From NCBI RefSeq assembly GCF_009914755.1, contig NC_060926.1: 64,000 bases of DNA; one strand, written 5' to 3'. Positions 13,671 to 26,488 of the stretch are shown here, in pieces. Position 1 is the stretch's first letter. Every line of letters starts with the position of its first letter. The translations under genes and the position numbers were made by a program. Origin of the DNA: the human T2T-CHM13v2.0 reference genome, Homo sapiens. The notes under the pieces are model-generated. The model ran no database searches. It saw nothing but the letters and a program-made list of their open reading frames with translations, and was not told the origin of the DNA.

Positions 13671-16244
13671 GTTGGAAAAAAAAAAAGAGAGTTGTAAAGC
13701 TGCTCTGAAAAAATTAAGTGCCATACAAATCTAAAATCTATGCTCATTTCTATCATTGGTGTGATAGCATACCCATTTCAACAATTTATCTGGTGGGTAG
13801 GCACAATTCTTATTACCAAAAAAAAAAAAATAGACTGCCAGATCTATGCTCATTATTTTCTTCCTAAAAATGAATAAAGGAATGTATACAAATAGAAAAA
13901 TACATAAGACATATGCAGAAAGGAATAACTTGGGAAGGAAGTAAAAATATAGCTATGATAATAGATTAAGGTAGATTGTTAATTTAGCCTTAAAACTTAA
14001 AATTATCACATTAATTAATTATAATTTTTAATTTACCTAGTTTTTGTTTTTCAAATAGTGCTGGACATTTTATAAAACCTGACAACAGGCTTTCCATGCT
14101 ACTCTGATGCAGATATAATGTTTGAGGCTAAACTAACACCAGTACATCCAGTCCTTACACTTATCTCAATGCCTTTCCGTAAATCTCTTTACTCCTGTGG
14201 TAGCTTAAGGCTATTTTCAACAACAAGAAAGTAAAAAAGGCAATTGTAGTCTTTCTTCAAATAAAACCTCCTCCTTCCCCATTTGCATTCCCTGGATATG
14301 AACTTTATTGGATGTCCCAAAAGCCAAATAGTAAAAGCAGAGTCTGGAAGATAGTAATGGATGTAATATTTCAGTGCCTACATGTTATTAATGACTGGCA
14401 TTATTTCACTTTACAGTTTGTGAATTTCTTTCACATTTTCTCTTTAATCTTCACCACAACCCTGTAAGATATTAATGCATGGGTGACTGGTAATATCACA
14501 ATATAAATGTGACTTTTCTTGACATAGAATATTATGGGCATATAAAAATAAAGGGCATCAGCTGTGAATTTCTGAATTATTTAGATTGTTAATATGATTT
14601 CATTATTTGGATCCAGGAGGGACTTTACAGATCCTCTGGACCAACTACTTCATTTTCCAGAGAGGAAGCCAATTGCCAGTGAGTTAGTGGCAGATCCAGG
14701 GCAAGAAACACAGTCCTGATTCCTATTTCAGATATCTCTCCACTATAACACACCACATTTTCTGAAAATAAAAAGGCAAAAGAATATATAGTTTTCCTCG
14801 CTTTGCAAAAGTAGGTTCTATGTACAAAGGTAAGATACAAGGAAGAAATTTTAAACAACCATAAAATATAATTAGTAGAACACCAGTGTGGGTGAAAAAC
14901 AGATTTATTTCATCAGCAAAAGAGATGGGAGGTTGGGGGGAAGTAATAACCCCCATTTCACAGACTGTAGTTTTCAATAAAGGAATCTCACTTCTGAAAG
15001 TGAAAGTCACACTAAATACTGATTTCATAGCTTACCACACAGATTTTTAATTGTCACAATTTATTAGCATTGCTCATTCAGTGATTCAGTTGTCTTCTCC
15101 TTGACAGCTGAAATGCAATTCACTGTATAAAGTTTCTGTGTTCAACTTTATTAATCATTACTTACTGTGACTTATACTATGCTTAGCAGTACTAAGTGAA
15201 GGTCCAGAATAAATAGTGTCCCTGACACCAATCAGTTAGCATTCCAGCCTCTTCACAGCTTTAGAGTTGCAACTATAGATGGATTGTTTGTGTTCCCAAG
15301 GGCAACCCCTCTACCTGTGTCTGCATCTCATTGCCTCTCATTTATGTCTCAGCAATGCTCCAACAATTGTCCCTCTCTCTCCCGCATCATCAATTTATCC
15401 TTCTCTACTAGTTAGCTTCCATCAACCCCCAAATATGCTGCAATGTTTTTCACCTTAACCTTTAAAAAATTCCTGGGATCTCACCTCCCTCCCCAACGGT
15501 CATATTTTTCTGCTGTGCTTGATAGAAACATTCCTAGGAAGATGTGTTGGTACTTTCTCCATTTCATTTCCTCCATTCTCTATTGACCCATCACCAATCA
15601 GGCTGCTCTGTCAACGCCATTAATGACCTCCTCATTGCTATATTCGCTGGTGAGTTCTCAGTCTTCATTTTCGTTTACTCCTCAACAATATTTGACTCCT
15701 CAGCAATATTTGAATATTAATCATTCCATCTTAAAATGCATTCTTCACACAGCCTCTGACATCACTCTTTTGGTTTTTCTCCTTTTTCTCTGGTGACTTT
15801 TTCTCAGTCAGTCTCTTTTCTGGATACTTATCATATCCCTATCTTTCAGTAGTGTCTCTGCATACAGTCATCTGAGTATCTCTCATCTCCACCTGTCATC
15901 TCGTCCTTAAGGGTCACATTCATTTTTTATGATTTTATGTATCATCTGTATGATTTTCAAATTTATATCTCAAACCAAGACTTATGAATTTCTCTACGAA
16001 ATCCAGAATCTTATATTCAACTTTTACTTAACAGTCAATATTGCTCTTGGATATCTGAAGAGCATCTTGAAATTAATTGGTCACAGATCTCAGTCATTCT
16101 CAGACCCCAACAAAACAGGACATCTCCCCCCACACTCTTCAACATGTCTTTAAATAATTACTCAATCCTTTAAGCTACACAGGTCTCTCATTGGGTCCTG
16201 ATCACCCTTTATAGCAGTCACATCCATTACCCTGACAATACCTA

Positions 16245-16246
<2 letters not shown>

Positions 16247-16282
<36 letters not shown>

Positions 16283-16553
16283 TGTGTGTGAAGCAGTCTC
16301 TCACTCTGTCACCCAAGATGGAGTGCAGTGACACAATCATAGCTCATTACAGCCTCAAACTGCTAAGCTCAAGTGATCCTCCTGCCTCAGCCTCCTAAGT
16401 AGCTGGGACTGTAGTCATGAGCCACTATATCTGGCTAATTTTTTATTTTTGTAGTGATAGGTGTCACTTTGTTGCCCAAGGTGGTCTCAAACTCCTAGCC
16501 TCCTCCCTTGGCCTCCCGAAGTACTGGGATTACAGTGAGTCATCATGCTTAGC
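16247..16553 (-). mobile_element. AluJ with (TG)n-converted tail and a left-arm deletion
   Basis: cagtctctcactctgtcacccaagatggagtgcagtg; ctcaagtgatcctcctgcctcagcctcc; (TG)n at 16247-16290. Confidence 0.9.
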
Positions 16554-16566
16554 CCTATTCTTCTTT

Positions 16567-16682
16567 TATATTAATCAGAATTCTCCAGGGAAACAGAAAA
16601 AATGGATGGACAAATGGATGGATGGATGGATGGATGGATGGATGGATATGGATAGAGATAACTAGCTAGCTAGCTAGATAGG

Positions 16683-16722
<40 letters not shown>

Positions 16723-17165
16723 TTCTTATAAGATATTGGCTCATCTAATTATGAAGGGTAAGAAATTTCATGATCTGCAGTCTGCAAACTGGAGACACAG
16801 GAAAGCCAGTGGCATAGTTCGAAGGCCTGAAAGCCAGAGTTCATGGTGCAAAAGAATTCAAAGTCTGAAGGCCTGAGAATCAGGACCTCCAAGAACAGGA
16901 GAAGACTAATGTCCCAGTCCAAGCAATCAGGAAGAGAAGGCAAATTCCCTCTCTCTCTCCACCATTTTGTTTTACTCAGACCCTCAATTGATTCAATTAT
17001 GCCCATCCATATTGGAGAAAACAATTCCACTTCACTCAATCCACTGAATAAAATGCTAATCTCTTCCAAAAACGCCCTCACAGACAACATGCAGAAATAA
17101 TGCTTAACCAGACATCTGGGCATCCTGTAATCCAGTCAAATTGACACATAAAATTAACCATCACA
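16567..17165 (-). mobile_element. MLT2 (ERVL) solo LTR
   Basis: Ends ccagtcaaattgacacataaaattaaccatcaca (reverse complement of the MLT2 start); ttctccagggaaacaga; ctgcaaactggagac. Confidence 0.88.
16603..16720. repeat. Compound tetranucleotide STR (TGGA)n/(TAGC)n/(TAGA)n
   Basis: Directly visible inside the MLT2 LTR. Confidence 0.95.
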
Positions 17166-17829
17166 CTTTCTCTGCTTAATGTTTCCTCTTAGGCACTTAC
17201 CACTACCTGGCATATAAATACTAGAGTGTAAACTCCATGAGGCAACAGCTTTGTTTGTTTCGCCCACTGTTGTATCCTGACCACCTAGAACCCTGCCTGT
17301 ATTATAAGCAGGTACATAAATATCAGCTAAATTAAAGCAATCTTTCAGAAATAAATATTCCTTAGCACATAGTCTTCTTTATAAATAAGAATTCATCATA
17401 ACTCTGTTAGCTCCTCAAATCCTCCTGAGTCTTTCATTTCCTCTCTACATCATCCACTCCAGCTACTCATACCCAGTGGTGCCAGCCTGAACCCTATCAC
17501 CACTTAGAAATGGATCACCTAGGAGACCTCTAGCATCCAGTCCTCTGCTTATAATCTTCTGGGTCCTCCATAGGTTACCAGTGAGATATCCTTCGTGGAA
17601 TCCTTCCTTATTCAGCTTGGGCTGCATTGTTAGTCCCCTGAACAGTTCTATGAGCCATCATAACAGTTGAATCCCCTTGCCTTACTGGTTGGTTTTTGTT
17701 GTTGTTGTTTGTTTTGTTTTGTTTTTCAGTGTTTTTGTTTGGTTGGTTTTTTTTTGTTTGCATTTGACGACTCAAGTCCCTGATTTAAAACAATATAGCT
17801 ACAAATATAAGCAAGCCAGCATAAACCCA

Positions 17830-18030
17830 CTTTCTAAGCCAGATTGCCTGGGTTCAAATAAATATTGGTTTTAATACTTACCAGTTATGTAGGTTTAAGC
17901 AAATTTCTTCACTGAAAGCCTCAATTTCCTCATTGATATAATGAAAATAATAATTGTACTTATTTCAGAGGCTACTTGTGAAGACTAAATGAGCTAATCT
18001 AAGTAAAGTTCTTATCATAGTAAGTTACTA
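17830..18030 (+). mobile_element. MIR
   Basis: agccagattgcctgggttcaaat; gcctcaatttcctcat; gtgaagactaaatgagctaat. Confidence 0.8.
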
Positions 18031-19784
18031 TTGCCATTAAAGTACCCAAATTGTTGAGCATGGCAAAAGGATATCACAAAAACACCATACATATTAGTGC
18101 CCCTACAATGTATGGGGTTTCCAATCTGGCTCAGTACTGTATTTATTTATTGATCCTTTGTTTTTCTGCCTCTCTCATCTGGCTGCCCTTTACTCTCCTC
18201 TCAAGTACTTAACTTCTAACAGGGTCCGCGTTTCCATCCATCTTTTCCTCTTCCTTCCAGTCTCCTGGACAAGGAATCATTTTATTCAAGGACAACTTGT
18301 CTATTTTTGCTCTTGACACCTTCCACTCTGCTCCATTCTCCTTCTCTCACCGAATTCTTAGTCTCTTTTTCACGACTGACACTATCTCTCAGCTTATTAA
18401 AATGATCAGGCTTATCTATAGGTTTTTTGTTTTCACCTTTTTAAGTTTCCTTTACTTTGTGATCCCTCTTACATACTGTCCTCCTGATCTCATTCTTTTC
18501 AGCCAAGCTTCTTGAATGAGTAGTCCTCATATTATCAATTCTCCATTTCCCATTAAACTCTTAACCCCTTAAACTTATTCTTTGAGCATTTTGCTTAAAG
18601 AATAAATATTTTTGAACACATGATTTAAAAGTTACCTAACATGTCCTAAACTTTCACATCATTTTGAAATTTCCATCTCCCACAATAGAAATATTTTTGT
18701 AGCGTAATAAACTATTAATTATTTCTCTTGATAATAACAGTGGAGTCAGCAATTATAATTTTTCTAGCAACATTTGGGTGAGTTCTTTTCACGTGAAAAA
18801 GTTTGCCTATATTTTAAAATATATTCTCAGTGAAATGAGGCCAGATATTTTCATTTACATTTTTTGCATTTTTGTCTCAATATTAACCTTCCCAACGTTA
18901 GCTACTTATTGAATATTTATTGTTAATAAATACATAACTAATAAATTTTAATTACAAGTTTTATGAATAGACAAATAATACTTGTGTTGATTGATAATAC
19001 ATTTGATTTCTGTCTATTTGCATTTGCTGTTTTGTGGAACTATATTTCATTAAACAAAAAAAATGCAGTCGCCATCAAGATTCCTTTTTGAGGCAGCTAG
19101 GAAGTACTAAAACCATCATTCAATTCAGTCAAGTGAAACTCATCGAATAGTTAATTGCTCCAATGAAAAAAAGATTGATTGGTTTTCCACTTTTTCAGTA
19201 AGTTAATTTTACTTTGTGAAATCACCTCTTGAAGACAGCTTTCTAAATCGTCAGACATTGGCCTCAGACTGTTCATCATTCAACACTTTCTAAGTTAGAA
19301 GTAGAGACTGCAAAAAACTCACTTGGTAGGAAGGGAAATTATGTGGAGGAGTGGAGTGTGCCAGTCAATTTGTCAGGTGCTTTCTCATTAAGGACTTCAG
19401 AGATAAGGGTCAGTCTTTGGGAATAGATTCTAAACACACACTTTCTTATTAAACGGTTTTACAAAAAGCCAAATTCCAAACCATTTGGAGCTTTGAAGAT
19501 AAGGGTACACACATTGCCAAGTTCCTATCAACTGAGCTGCCATTGTTATTAATTATTGTAATAATGGCTCACACACAAGAGGCATTACCTGACGCGCATT
19601 GACTCTGCATTTTCAACTACAAATGGAGAAACCACAATAATAACAGATGTGGGGCAAATGTAGCGGTCCCTTTCCATCAAATGGCTTCTGTTACGAATAA
19701 TCAAAATTTTTATATTTAATTTAGTCCAATTGATATGGTTTCACTTTTTTCTTTAACTGAAAATGACTGTCCAACATTGACAAC

Positions 19785-20240
19785 ATTCACTAGATCAATA
19801 GTTTGTAAATACCTATGAAGAACCAAAGGAACTGCAAAGATGTAAAAACCAGGTCCTCCTTCTTAAGTGTTTAATAGCCAATAGGGGAGCTAGGTAACAT
19901 ATACCACAATACAAAGCCATATACAGCTGATGTGAGCAGTACAGAGTGACTTCGTGGGTCAGAGAAGGAAGGGGTCCCTTTTATCTGGGGAAATCAAGGC
20001 AAGCCGATGAATTCTTTTTGGATGGTAAGAACTTCAGGATAGATGATTGGAACTGCAAGAGAAGAGCACATTCAAGTGAAGAGAATAACTCAAGCAGAAG
20101 GACCTTCATGCATATTTAACAGGTGGTGAGTAGACCAGTTTGCCTGGAAGACAGGTTTGTTTAAATGAGCGAGGTATAAAAATGGAAATGTAATTTTGGA
20201 ATATATAAGGTAAAAAGACCAGAAATAGGGTAATGGAGTT
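19785..20240 (-). mobile_element. L2 fragment
   Basis: cattcactagatc; ctggggaaatcaaggc; gagcacattcaagtgaagagaat resemble antisense L2. Confidence 0.55.
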
Positions 20241-20262
20241 AAAGTTAAAAAAAGGAAATGTA

Positions 20263-20698
20263 TCACAATAGCAAAGATGTGGAATCAACCTAGGTCCCCA
20301 TCAGTGATGGATTGGGTAAAGAAAATGTAGTACATATACACCATGAAATACTACACAGCCATGAAAAGGATGAAATCACATTCTTTGCAGCAACATAGAT
20401 GCTGCTGGAGGCCATTATCCTAAGTGAATTAATACATGAACAGAAAACCAAATACCACATGTTCTCACTTACAGGTAGGAGCTAATCATTGGGTACACAT
20501 AGATATAAAGATGGCAAAAATAGAAACTGGGGACTACTAAAGGGGGGAAGGAAGAGAGAGGGCAAGGGTTGAAAAACTAACTACTGAGTACTATGCTCAG
20601 TACCTGGGTGATGGGATCATTAATACCCTAAACCTCAACTTCGTACAATATATCCAGGTAACAAACTTGCACGTGCACTCCCTCAAGATAAAATAAAT
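20263..20698 (+). mobile_element. L1PA15/16-like 3' end
   Basis: gggcaagggttgaaaaactaactactgagtactatgctcagtacctgggtgatgggatcatt; gtaacaaacttgcacgtg. Confidence 0.88.
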
Positions 20699-20949
20699 TT
20701 TTTTAAAAAAAGAGAATGCCATTTAAACTCTGTTTTAACATATACCAAGGATAATTCCCAAACTTGTCATATATCCCCAAATAGATTTAAAACCAAAGTG
20801 TTCAGTCATTCCACAATTCTGTAAATAATTCCATTTTGATGTTTTTTATTTTCCATTGTGTTGATGTTGTCGCAATCACTTTCTAGCCATTTTATGTCCC
20901 AGATTCAGGTCATCCTTATGTTCATACTCTTCTTTTTCATTTTTTTAAT

Positions 20950-22430
20950 ATTTTTTAATAAGCTTTTTATTTTAGGGTAGTTTTAGATTTACAGAAAAGT
21001 TGCAAAGATATTACAGACTTCCTACATGCCCAGCATCCATTTTCCTCTGTTGTTAAGATCTCATATGGTGTGTTTTTCACAAGTAACATCATAACCAACA
21101 CTGATACATTATCACTAAGTAAAGTCCATGCTGTATTCATATTCATTTAGTTTTTATCTAATGTGATGTTTGCCATTCCAAGATCCTATTTGGTATACCA
21201 CATTATGTTTAATTTTCAAATTTATTTAGACCGTGACAGTTTCTCAGGCTTTCTTTGGTTTTGGTGTCTCTAAGGAAGACTGGTCAGATATTTTGTAGAA
21301 TGTTCCTCAATATGGGTTTGTTGGATGTTTTTCTCATGATTGGAGTGGAGATGTGAGTTTTGGGGAGAAAGATACAGAGGTAAAGCGTCAATTTTATCAC
21401 ATCATGTCAAGGGCACCCATTATCAAAGTGACATCAATGTTGATGTTAAGCTTGATCACATGGTTGAGATAGTGTTTCTCAGGTTTCTGCACTGCAAAGG
21501 AACTATTTTTCCACATTTTTCATACTGTGCTCTTTGGAAGACAGTCACTATATTTATCCCACATTTAAGGAATGGGAGAATTATGCTTCACCTTCTTGAG
21601 AGTAAAGTATCTACATAAATTATTTGAAATTTTACAAATAAGATTTGTTTATTGCCTCTCATTTATTTGTTTATTGAATCATATATTTATGTCAGTATGA
21701 ACTCATAGGTATATATTTTATACCTTGATTACAATCTAATACTATGTTGTTAATTTTGTTCCTCAAATTATTCCAACTTTAGCCATCGAGAGTTCTTTCT
21801 TGGTTTCTGGATCCTTTGACATATCTCCGTTAGATTTTCTCTTTAGCTTTTCTTTATTTTCTGTTACTATAATATAGTCTAAGCCTATTTTGTCTATTCC
21901 CTGGCCCTGCTCTAGAGTTAGCCACTTCTCCAAGGAGGCCTGGTTTCCTTACATAGAGAATGGCATTTGAAACCAAGGTCTGGGCTCTGGATGTGCTCAT
22001 TGCATCTGCATTGTCATTGCTTCTAGGCCCTCTCAGTAAATGGAGCTCAGAAATATATGTATATGCACTAACTCGTGTATACATAGATATTTATTATTAT
22101 TTCTATATTTAGTTATTTGTATCCATATTGAACTAATTATGAGTTCATATTGAGGTATCCAACTGTAATCCAGTACTAAATGATTTATTCTTGTCTTCCC
22201 CCTTTGCTTACTTGTAACTTCCTATTACAACAGTAAGAAATCTCCTGCCATCCAGACATATATAACCTATTTGTTCAATCCTAGTATACATGCATAGTGG
22301 TTTCAGAATTGTTCATCTGTACTGCCGGGAGAAGCAACTTTAACAACTAGACTACAGTATGTATATATAGTTCCTTTTATCTTTACTCTTAGTCTCCACT
22401 CATTTCCAAAGTTATTTAGGTCTGCACCTT
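20950..22430 (-). mobile_element. L1MC3/4-like 3' UTR
   Basis: agttttagatttacagaaaagttgcaaagata; gtcagatattttgtagaatgttcctcaa; aaaccaaggtctgggctctggatgtgctcattgc. Confidence 0.8.
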
Positions 22431-22434
22431 TTCT

Positions 22435-23570
22435 TTTAATTAATAAATTTTATTTTTAGAGAAGCTTTACGTTTGCAGAAAAATCTAGCAGAAATTACAG
22501 AGAACCACCATATGCCTCTTTTCCTGCCTGCTCACTGTTTTCATGTTTTCTCCTATTATTAATATATTTCCTTTGTATGATGCAATTGATACACAAATAT
22601 TGATACATTATTATTAACTAGAGTCCATTGTTTACATTAGGGTTCATTCTTTGTGTTAAGCAGTTTTATGAGTTTTGACAAATGTATAATTTCATATATC
22701 CACCATTACAGTATGATATATAATAGTTTCACCACCACTAAAACCCCCTGTGTTTTATCTAGCCAATCTTACTCCTTCCCCAAAGCTCTGGCAATGACTG
22801 AACTATATAATGTCTAAGGTTTTGTCTTTTCTAGAATATCTACAAAAAATGAAATGATAGAGCATATGGTTTTTTTCAACCTGGTTTCTATCACTTAACA
22901 GTACGCATTTAAGGTTCTTTGTGTCTCTTCGAGGTTTGATGATTCATTTATTTTTATTACTCAATAATATTCCATTGTATGGATGGACTATATCTACTTA
23001 CCTATTGAAGGACATCTTAGTTGCTTACAGTTTTGGTGATTATTAATAAAGTTACTATAAACATCCCTGCGTATAAATTTTCAAGTCAATTGTGTAAATA
23101 TCTAAGAGCATATGTGGTAAGATTTTAGTTTTGGCAGAAACTACCAACCTGTCTTCCAAAGCAGTGGTGCCATTTTTATTCTCCACCGGCAATGATTGAG
23201 ACTTTCTGTTGTTCAGTATCCTTAGTAGTAATTGATATTGTCAGATTTTGGATTTTAGTAATTCTAATACATGTGTAATATTTTTCATTGCTGTTTTAAT
23301 TTGCAGTTCCTTAATGGCAAATTATTTTAGGTATCTTTTTTTGTGTGCTTATTTTTCATTTGTATATTTTCTTTGGGGAGGTGCCTATTTGATCTTTGCC
23401 ATTATTCATTGGATTGTTTGTTCTTTTTGTTTAATTTTAATAGTTTTTGTATGTTCTAGATATATATATTCTAAATATTCTGGGTATTTATCAGGTATGT
23501 GATTTGCAAATATTTTCTCCCAGTCTATGGCTTATGTTTTTCATTCTCTTAATAGTGTGTCTTGCAGAGT
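22435..23570 (-). mobile_element. L1MC1/MD-like 3' end
   Basis: gtccattgtttacattagggttcattct; cctattgaaggacatcttagttgct; gatttgcaaatattttctcccagtct. Confidence 0.8.
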
Positions 23571-24549
23571 CATTTGTTTTAAAAACTTTGAATTTAATGA
23601 GTAATTTTTAACACTTATGAATTCAGCATTATTTTTGTACTGGTCTAATGTAAATTTACTCTGTTCACATCTTTCAATTATTCATGTTTTTGTCATCTGT
23701 TCAGATGGAGTTAGTCTCTCTACAATGTCTTTAGTCCACTTTGATTCAAAATTAAGAGAACTAGGAAGGACCCATCATCATGAAAGGCCACAGCATCCTG
23801 TGTTTCCCCAGTAATGTCACCATTCCTTTCCTCACAGTACTCATTTGGGAGAATATCAAAGGGGAAAGTTTGTTTTTCTGAGAGTCATCTCCAGCTACAA
23901 TTCCATCATAGAAAAACAAGAAGCCAGTGAAGTGAAAAGAAAATAGATTCCATACCATTTAAAATGATTGCACTAATTTCATGTAGTGGTAAACATTAAT
24001 TTATTCAGCAGTAGATTTCAATTATGTTTCTAATTTGTAAATGTTGCCCTCCAGTAGATCTCAAATTAGAGGGCTAAGCACTAAGGAATGGAAAGGCAAT
24101 GACATTGCAATTAGAAAGTCTTCTAAAATGTTCACTTAACTATTTGAGAAGGTAGTAAATGGTTCACGTTATTTATTAATAAAAGGCATATATGACATTT
24201 GATTTATATGGCATTCATAACAATGTTTCTTTGACTGGTTTTCATTTTCTGTTTTGAAGCTATCTAGTTATATCTGAATCTTCCCTGGAATGGTTGATAT
24301 TTTAATAAGTTTGAAGATTGCCATGGAAAATAATTATCTGGCTACTCTAAAAGATATTACAAGAACTCATCTAATTCTTATTATAAAGGGATTTGTTGTG
24401 TGCAACAGAGCACCAGAAATAAGAAAGCCATTTTCATCATATTCCCAACATTGTGAGAAGATACCAAAAGAGATCCTTGTCTAATCCTTTTTAATTTTTT
24501 TTTCAGATTCCCCATCATGTTTTGTAGCCTCTCCAATCCCTAAGAAATG

Positions 24550-24715
24550 TGAGAGTCAGACAGAACAGTATTTACAGTCACAGTTTAGCTTAAACAATTT
24601 GGGAATCTCTCTCTGAGGTTTAGTTTCTACAACTAAAAAGGAAATAGGAAAAACGCATGCCTTATAAGCTTATTGTGAGGGCTAATTGAAGTAATGAAGA
24701 TGAAATCTGCACAGC
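24550..24715 (+). mobile_element. MIR
   Basis: gagtcagacagaac; ttattgtgagggctaattgaagtaat. Confidence 0.55.
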
Positions 24716-25119
24716 CACGAGGGTAATGTTAGCTTCCCATTCTTTGTATGTTGAATTTTCTTTCCTTTGAAATATACTCACCATAAGCTTTCATAGTTCA
24801 TATAGGATGCCAGAGTCATGGACTTAGTGTTCTATTTCATTTCTTTTTAAAAAATACCAAATCTCACGCACATTATAGTCCAGCTGCCCTCTTGCCACAC
24901 TTTCCATGGGCCTACCCTTCATGCGGGAGCTCCCCCACCCAAGGTCCCCTCTCCATGGCCTCCCCTGCAAGCAAGCTCTGAATGAAGGACATTACACATT
25001 CCAGCATACTTTGAATATCATTTGCATATTTATTTCCATGAAGGTAAGAGTTGTGTCCTATATGCCTCCGACTATCTAACAGCTTCACAATAAGTTCTCA
25101 GAAATTGTTTAGGAATCAA

Positions 25120-25220
25120 TGAAAGGTAGGAAAAGAGGAAGGGAGAGAGGGAAGGAAGGAAGGAACGCAGGAAGGAAGGAAGGAAGGAAGGGAGGGAGGG
25201 AGGGAGGGAGGGAGGGAAGG
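25120..25220. repeat. (GGAA)n/(GGGA)n purine tract at an L2 3' end
   Basis: gaaggaagga...gggagggaggg. Confidence 0.9.
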
Positions 25221-26167
25221 TTATCGTTTGAAGACAGGCATGAAGAGCTTTTTCTCCTTTTTGCAAGCACCCCCTAGAGAATAAAGCAAACTTATTTTTT
25301 CTTTATTAGATCAGTGGGAACTTTAAGAAACCTGCAGCACATTAGTGTAAAGGAAGTTCTGTTTAGCTTCCTCTACTAAGCCTAAATGACTCCTCGTGGT
25401 TTGTCTTGTTATCACTCTCAATATTTATGGTGAGATCTGGGCAAAACTTCGAAGGCTTTGAATTCTCTGAGCCCTCAAATTTCTTCTTGCACTGCTCTAA
25501 TAATATAAAACTCTCCAGATTTCTTTTCACCCTGCAAATGGTCTCAAGCATCATTTATGCATGTGGCTGCAATGAAACAATGCAGGCTTCACTCCAACTG
25601 GGCAAGTTTGTTTTGCCAGATATTTAACTTTAATGAAGTCCTATTGAATAAAACTTAAATGCCAGAGAAAGGTTTTTAAAATTGCAGATGGGATTCGCGA
25701 GGATGTTGGAAAATTATCCCCTTGACACCGAAAATTTTCCCCAAGCCAGCACTAAAGTTCAGTAGTTTTAGGGAGCGGTGGATTAGATAGGATCCCCAAG
25801 CTGATCTTTATCAGAAAGTACCACTGAGAACTTGGAAGTGCTCTTCAGAACAAAGTGGGGCCAAAGCTGGAGCTGCTTGGGTCCAGGCATCACATGCCAA
25901 GGGTCACTTGGTTTCACACTAGGAGTTTCTTAGACCTAGAGCTACCCCACCAAAATAACAAGTCTCTCAGAACACCCAGCCTGCTGTATACTCCCTGGCC
26001 CCAGTCCTCTCCCCTTTTCTGATCTTAGTTCCCTTAACTCTATCATCTGGTTTCCAATCTCCCTTTCAGTGTATGAAAGGAATCTGTCTTGGAAAAGTCC
26101 GTCTAAACAAGGAAAAAACATTTAAACTTTCTGGACTGAAAATCATTATTCACAAAATATTTATTGA

Positions 26168-26488
<321 letters not shown>

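Larger units (their letters stand above)
15285..17330 (+). mobile_element. L2a fragment interrupted by an Alu and an MLT2 LTR
   Basis: Pyrimidine-rich L2 motifs (aatgacctcctcattgcta; ttctcagtcttcattt); 3' end ctagagtgtaaactccatgaggc...cacctagaac at 17220-17330. Confidence 0.75.

Noticed and set aside
19068-19203. Exon-like segment ending in gtaagt, plus isolated splice-like sites elsewhere (24506, 33148, 55656, 63936)
   Set aside because: The partner sites are weak or missing and no coherent reading frame links them; such sites are expected by chance.
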